A DNA stretch of 64,000 nucleotides. Source: Eutreptiella sp. 'Long Island Sound 2002' (taxonomy: Eukaryota; Protista; Euglenida). The notes below the pieces were generated by a model. It worked only from the letters and a program-made list of their open reading frames with translations, was not told the DNA's origin and made no database searches. Of this stretch, positions 59,701-64,000 are shown one piece after another (positions within the stretch are counted from its first letter, which is position 1; the number at the start of each line of letters is the position of its first letter). Location: NCBI GenBank assembly GCA_964036045.1, contig OZ038378.1, positions 167,152,001 through 167,216,000 of the forward strand, given 5' to 3'. The position numbers were made by a program, and so were the translations under genes.

Positions 59701-62107
59701 GACGGTAATTACCGACCATCTTGGACGATAATCAACGACCCTAGGGACGGTAATTGCCGACCATCTTGGACGGTAATTACCGACCATCTGGGACGGTAAT
59801 TACAGACCATCTTGGACAGTAATTGCCGACCATCTTGGACGGTAGTTGCCGACCATCTTGGACGGTAATTGCCGACCCTCGAGACCCTTATTCTCGACCA
59901 TCTTGAACCGTAATTACCGACCCTAAAGACAGTAATTAACCACCGTCACACTGAGGTATGATTGTTTTTGTGTGACGCCCCTGCCCCCATGAGGCTGCTA
60001 TAAGTGGATCCAATATTTCGATGGTTTTTGTGGCTTTATGTGCTCATTTGCTTTCACAACAAGATGGCCTTTGCCTCCTCTACACTCTGCAGCTTCCACT
60101 CGCGGCACCAAAAGGTGTGGCGACGAACAACGAACCAAAACTCTTCAGCCCAGAGACACACCATAGGTCAGCCCTGGCCATACACACAATACGCAATGCA
60201 CGCCACATAGATGGGAAACGACTGAACCCCTCAGTCAGGAATGCATTGGAAGGGGGGGACGTACCCCCCCCCCCCTCCCGAGCGCCCAGCCTATGCCCAG
60301 CCACTGTCTCCCTGACGCCAAGTGCGAGCTTCAATGGCATTTGTAACCGACAGTAACCGCCCCCAACCGCTTTGGCAACCTCCTCCAACCGCCTGTTAAC
60401 CGCCTCTAGGGCCACCTCTGAGGTCTTTTCCCTTCTAATGCATCCCTGCTCTCAGTACCCCCTCAAGTTGCACCCGCCACCAACTGTTCATACAATAGTC
60501 ATTCATATTACAAAAAAAATGTGTCTCATTCTCTTCCACATACCCTCTTAGGCCTCATTTGGAGTAGCGACAGGGAAGATCTTCATGGGCTCAGTCGGGA
60601 GTCGGCGGCGGCGGCAGTGCGCTGTGATGGGGCATCCAGTCAACCTGGCAGCCCGACTCATGCAGTCGGCGGCTTTGGGTCAGATTTTTGTGGACGGCCC
60701 CACGTATCAAGGGGTGGCGGACAGTGTACCGATGGAGAAGGTGGTGGGCCTCAAGATGAAGGGTTTGAAGCCGAAGGATGGCGATGAGGTATTTGGATGG
60801 GGCTGTGGGTAGTGTCATGTTGTAAAAGGTTGCAGAATGTCACGGAAGGTTGCAAAGTATTGTCAAAGGTTGCAGTGTATTATCGAAGGCTGCAGATTGT
60901 TGTCCAGTGTTGTGTGGTGTTGGCAGGTTGTAGAACCCTGTGCAGTGGTACAGGGAAAAGATGTGACTTAGGTCAAAACAAAACAAACAAAATTAACGAT
61001 GTATTTTTACCTTTTTTGGCAATTGGGTCCATAAAAAAATTCTTCTTCGATTACACTTTTTTTGGGGTATTCTGGGTACATTTTCACCCTGGTGATACAT
61101 CCCTCTACAAATTCCTACAGCCCTCTGCAAACCTGTTCAACTCTTCGGTTCTACACGAATAACCCAGCAACAAAAGGTGAGGCTAAGGATATTTCGGTTC
61201 ATCTTCGGCATCGGCAGAGCAATGGAGCGTTGGTTTGAATGGCGACCTGAAGGCACCCCAAGTGCTGCAGAGAGTGTCATGAGGCTACAAGTACACTGGA
61301 GCATCGCTCAGGCAATCTCTTTCCTCTCGCACCTGCAGGTCTACACTCCTGTCAGCCTCTTGCAACGCAAAGCCTCCGGCCGGTCCCTCTCGATCCCGAT
61401 CCCGTCGCCCCCGTCCTCATCGCATCTTTCCGCGTGTGGTATGTCTCAGCATGAGACTCCTCTCGCCAGCCAGAGCAGCATCCTGGAGAAGCTGCAGGCC
61501 CGACCCGCCGCAGAAGTGGTCGTGCTGCATGGCGAATGGGGCTGTGGCAAGACCACGGTTGTGGGATACTACGCGCAGCAATTGAGCCACAGTAGTTCAG
61601 TGATTGTGGCACGAGGTTGTGTTTGTGCGGATGCAGAGGAGGGGTTCGTGTTGGGTGTGTGGAGGCGGGGTTGGTGTTGGTGTGGGTGTGGGGAGGGCTG
61701 TGGTGCAATGAGCCACACAGCGGTATCCGGGGCAAAAATACGGCGTCTTGCATACAAGGCACTTGATCGGATTTCAAGTGCCATGGCGCATGCGGCTTTT
61801 GTTCACATACTTGATGCCCAAATGTAATCCACAGGGTGCAGAGGAGGGGCTATGTCTGTGCGGATGCAGCAGACGGCGTTATGCAATGCATGCCCTCTGT
61901 CCCTCGCTCCCTCCTCTGCGCACAGGGCGATGCATGGAGCTGGACTCCACGGGGCAATTCTCATTATGGGGCGGGGCCCTGTCGCAACTGTATGAGCACC
62001 CTCACGGCAAGTCAGCTCTGACGGCGTGCCTGGAGGACCTCCGCGTCGAATCCCTGGCAGCAGTCCTCAACCCCCTGCTCAACACGGACTTCCCCGAGAG
62101 ATCCGAG
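46295..62107 (+). CDS. Spliced gene segment C: soluble adenylate/guanylate cyclase-like STAND protein (sAC/ADCY10 architecture: long disordered N-region, two class III cyclase domains, P-loop NTPase); 3' end beyond the last recognised exon
   Basis: Phase-consistent GT-AG exons: 46295-47766, 49912-50227, 51117-51292, 52993-53192, 54706-54938, 55726-55883, 57511-57706, 60552-60788, 61339-61615, 61926-62107. Motifs: LLMVDIKGFSTLAE, LNDYF, FAGDA, LRDASVVFIGL, LLDEK..FGLP..DALRAV, GVATGKIFMGSVG, VNLAARLM, GEWGCGKT. Confidence 0.88.
48053..48629 (+). mobile_element. Second Harbinger-family non-autonomous element (MITE-sized)
   Basis: Ends GGGGGAGTATT / ACCATTCCCCC. TGT duplicated at 48050-52 and 48630-32. 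Same subterminal TAG(C/T)GCGCCGGGC motif as the 44360 element. Contains a (TTTTCATTGA[TA])n minisatellite at ~48320-48518. Confidence 0.75.
49912..50227 (+). CDS. Segment C exon preceding cyclase domain C1 (two TQT motifs, VIASYVSDTIVCRL helix)
   Basis: Pyrimidine tract plus cag at 49911, donor gat|gtatgc. IASYV resembles the short conserved segment preceding C1 in sAC-type cyclases. Confidence 0.8.
51117..51292 (+). CDS. Cyclase domain C1, first exon (first metal-binding Asp)
   Basis: GCLLMVDIKGFSTLAEELTEWDEGPERLIVGLNDYFGPMIEDIR; ctctcag acceptor, ag|gtctga donor (phase 2). Confidence 0.92.
51805..52393. mobile_element. TIR MITE with poly-C/G termini and 8-bp TSD
   Basis: Left AAC(C)nAAATCGGCG; right end reverse-complements to AAT(C)nAATTCGGCG. 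Flanks CCTAGGAC / GCTAGGAC (7/8). Internal repeated CCGATTTGTT motifs. Confidence 0.65.
52993..53192 (+). CDS. Cyclase domain C1, second exon (second metal-binding Asp)
   Basis: YGAKIETFAGDAIIGYF..AVACILKL..HYAALVSGDIM; acceptor and donor phases match the neighbouring exons. Confidence 0.9.
54706..54938 (+). CDS. Cyclase C1 end / inter-domain linker exon
   Basis: LTLGGSNGEWYHMLAGKPFLHLREVMQDA.. matches the C-terminal strands of C1; phase 1 in, phase 0 out. Confidence 0.85.
55372..57025 (+). repeat. Pair of ~200-bp direct repeats (55372-55570 and 56824-57025) in the introns flanking exon 55726-55883
   Basis: Both start CATCAAACATGTCTTTTGTTTGATG (9-bp stem hairpin) and continue ..ACCCTCAGGCTGAT..CTGCAGCGCCTGGAGCCCAAAAAATT. 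Confidence 0.85.
55726..55883 (+). CDS. Cyclase domain C2, first exon
   Basis: LELFVPPNLREFI..GQLRDASVVFIGL, matching the 'ELR.vtvlF' motif of sAC C2. Confidence 0.88.
57511..57706 (+). CDS. Cyclase domain C2, second exon
   Basis: QLEGSVSNCLLDEKKWSVVVSFGLPYHRNDALRAV; ttgcag acceptor, aag|gtaatc donor. Confidence 0.9.
57790..59130. repeat. Compound AC-rich simple repeats (AACAC, AAACAC, AAGCAC, AAATAC) interrupted by a unique island at ~58030-58395
   Basis: Read directly from the sequence; lies in the intron between two C2 exons. Confidence 0.93.
59320..59935. repeat. 22-23-bp minisatellite (GGTAATTACCGACCATCTTGGAC) arranged head-to-head
   Basis: About 6 units in reverse orientation (59320-59455), then about 20 in forward orientation. 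Each unit carries the palindrome GGTAATTACC. No unique spacers. Confidence 0.9.
60236..60448. mobile_element. hAT-type MITE, family 1
   Basis: CAGGAATGCATTGGAAGGG..CCCTTCTAATGCATCCCTG. 8-bp TSD CCCTCAGT / CTCTCAGT (7/8). Internal sequence is closely similar to the 27859 copy. Confidence 0.82.
60552..60788 (+). CDS. Cyclase domain C2, third exon (Asn/Arg transition-state motif)
   Basis: ASFGVATGKIFMGSVGSRRRRQCAVMGHPVNLAARLMQSAALGQIFVDGPTY..LKMKG. Confidence 0.92.
61339..61615 (+). CDS. STAND/AAA P-loop exon (Walker A)
   Basis: EVVVLHGEWGCGKTTVV directly downstream of the cyclase tandem, as in sAC-type STAND proteins. The next exon 61926-62107 is phase-compatible. Confidence 0.85.
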
Positions 62108-64000
62108 GTTTGTGTCTTTCGGGGGGCGCCGTGGTGTTTGGTGCGACGGCATTGGCTTGTTTGGGGAACCTGCGGGTGCTTTTAAGGGGGTGAACCAAGG
62201 AAAGCCGAGTGCTGAATGCGACGGAGGGGCTCGAGCCCCACCAAAACCAGTGATATGGAGGGAGGGGGAGGTATGAGAAAAGGGTTCAAGTGAAACGTCG
62301 CGCGGATTCCAGAAAAGGCTGTTGCATTTTTTCCCGGGCACCTCCGGAGGCAGCCGCCCTGTAGTTGTGGGGCATGCATGTTCATTCCCTTGCGTCCACA
62401 CTGGGGCTCTATGGACCCCCAGCCCCTGCCTTGAAACACCCGCGTACTATGCGAATGGGGGCTGTACTGTGAGGGGAGGGGGGAGGGTGATTGAGGTTTT
62501 CTGTTCGTGTGTTTTATGGAAGATTGTTTTTTGGTGAAGTGTTGGCGGTAGGCCGTGAGCCCGCAGCTGGGCCGTGGGGTGTCTGCTGTGCGATTGGAGA
62601 ATGGGTTTGCCAGTCCTGCAGTTGTGCATGTTTCTGTGCAATCAGATGCCCGCACTGTTCTGGGCTTCCCGAATGGTATAAGGCTGAGGGCTGTGGATTC
62701 CGTGTTTTTGATACTGCACCTGCTCTGTGACTCTTGCTCAGGGGCCGTGGCGTGGATGTCATGCCTCAGTCTGTTGAGCTGCCAAGGTCATCCACCAGCC
62801 TGCCCCCCACACACCTCTTGTTGGACGGGTTTGCTAAACAAGGTCAGTCTTCCGTTGCGTCCAGACTGTCTGTCTGCAGGCCAGACAAGTCTAGCGCAAC
62901 TGCCGGGGATACAGTGGGCTTGGGTACAGTACTGCAGGGCGTGGGTGCTCTGTCTCATGACCAACAAGCAGATCACACCAAAGACATGGCAACGGACATC
63001 AGCTATTCAACACGGTAATCAACCAGCCTTGATGGAACAGCCCTCCCTGCGCCCGCTCAGACGCACACACACAACACGTGCAGTAGGATCAGGCGCGGGG
63101 GCATTGATTTTGCTCTGGCACATTGGAACCAGCCACCTGCCCAGATAAACTGTCTTTCCCTCCCATCGCCATATGCTCCATGTCTAGTGCAGGCAAAGGT
63201 CTATGTCCTGCAAGCGGTGCTATGCGAACGGGATTGAGACAGTGTAATCAATTGGCCATGATATGTTTCTGTCCCCCAACCCCCCCCCCACCAGTGACGC
63301 TTTAGAACAAAAAAAATGCAAGGCGGAAGCCCCTCCCCCCCCCCGCCCGGTGCCACCCTCCCCCCCCTCCCGGTCCAAACCCCCCACTCCCACCCCTCAT
63401 CCCCTTCCATCCCCTTCGGCGCCAATGTACTGTGTGTTTCTCAGGGTCGTCTTCAGTGTGAGTCACCAGTTCACATTCAATAGCACGTCTCTATGGAAAT
63501 GGAGTGTCATGAATTGTTACTGTCTTATTGTGGACACAGATTTTGCCACAAATTTACTGCTTTAACTTTGCCTTGCACTGTGACCTTTTTTGACCAGGAG
63601 GAGTCAACCAAGTATGGGCTTTTATAATGCAAAACAAAATTTCCGGCGCCTTTGGCGCCAAGTATGGTTGGGAGTCCTGTTGGCAAGCAGGAGGGTCACC
63701 CCCCCCCCCATCAAAGCGTGCCTGCCCCACACACCCCATTTACCGAGTGGCTTTGGGGGTGGGATTGGGGTGGGGATGGGGTTATCTTGGGGGTGCAGAG
63801 CTAGAAAAAAAAGCATGTCTTAGAAGGCGCTGACCTCGTTCTCATGAGGTGTTTGGCCTCACCAGGAGGTTGAAGGCGCTGACGTGTGGTATGACATCAC
63901 TAGTGACAGGAGCCTGCCAAGACCCATAAACATGGCGAAAGCGTGGGCCAAATGCAATTGCAAGAGCTCATTGCATCCCACACACCGCATTTCTCACCAT

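Noticed and set aside
59320-59935. CRISPR array
   Set aside because: Units are contiguous 22-23-mers with no unique spacers, no cas genes, and a eukaryotic intronic context.

Overview
Eukaryotic genomic DNA: GC-rich, intron-dense (GT-AG introns of 0.07-6 kb) and saturated with transposon relics. The TTAGGG-type repeats and a possible trans-splice acceptor suggest a euglenozoan/euglenid protist, but this is inference and unverified. All convincing host exons are on the + strand and form three phase-consistent exon chains. (A) 4.9-27.4 kb: about 1,040-aa coiled-coil plus Ser/Pro-rich disordered protein. (B) 28.9-41.7 kb: unknown globular segment with two apparent frame problems. (C) 46.3 to >62.1 kb: soluble-adenylate-cyclase (sAC/ADCY10-like) STAND protein with two class III cyclase domains and a P-loop, running off the window. 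Phase-compatible splice sites would allow A, B and C to be one giant gene. The cyclase keeps its metal-binding and transition-state residues but has non-canonical base-specificity residues. The introns hold: a 5'-truncated non-LTR retrotransposon bracketed by (CA)n; Harbinger/PIF-like elements with 3-bp TSDs (one apparently inserted into an older copy of its own family and carrying a DIRS-like fragment); hAT-type and Tc1/mariner-type MITEs with TSDs; a 4.6-kb palindrome-rich repeat array capped by inward-facing telomere-like hexamers; a head-to-head 23-bp minisatellite; and several microsatellites. No rRNA, intact tRNA or CRISPR array was found. Exon models were assembled by eye and need transcript confirmation.
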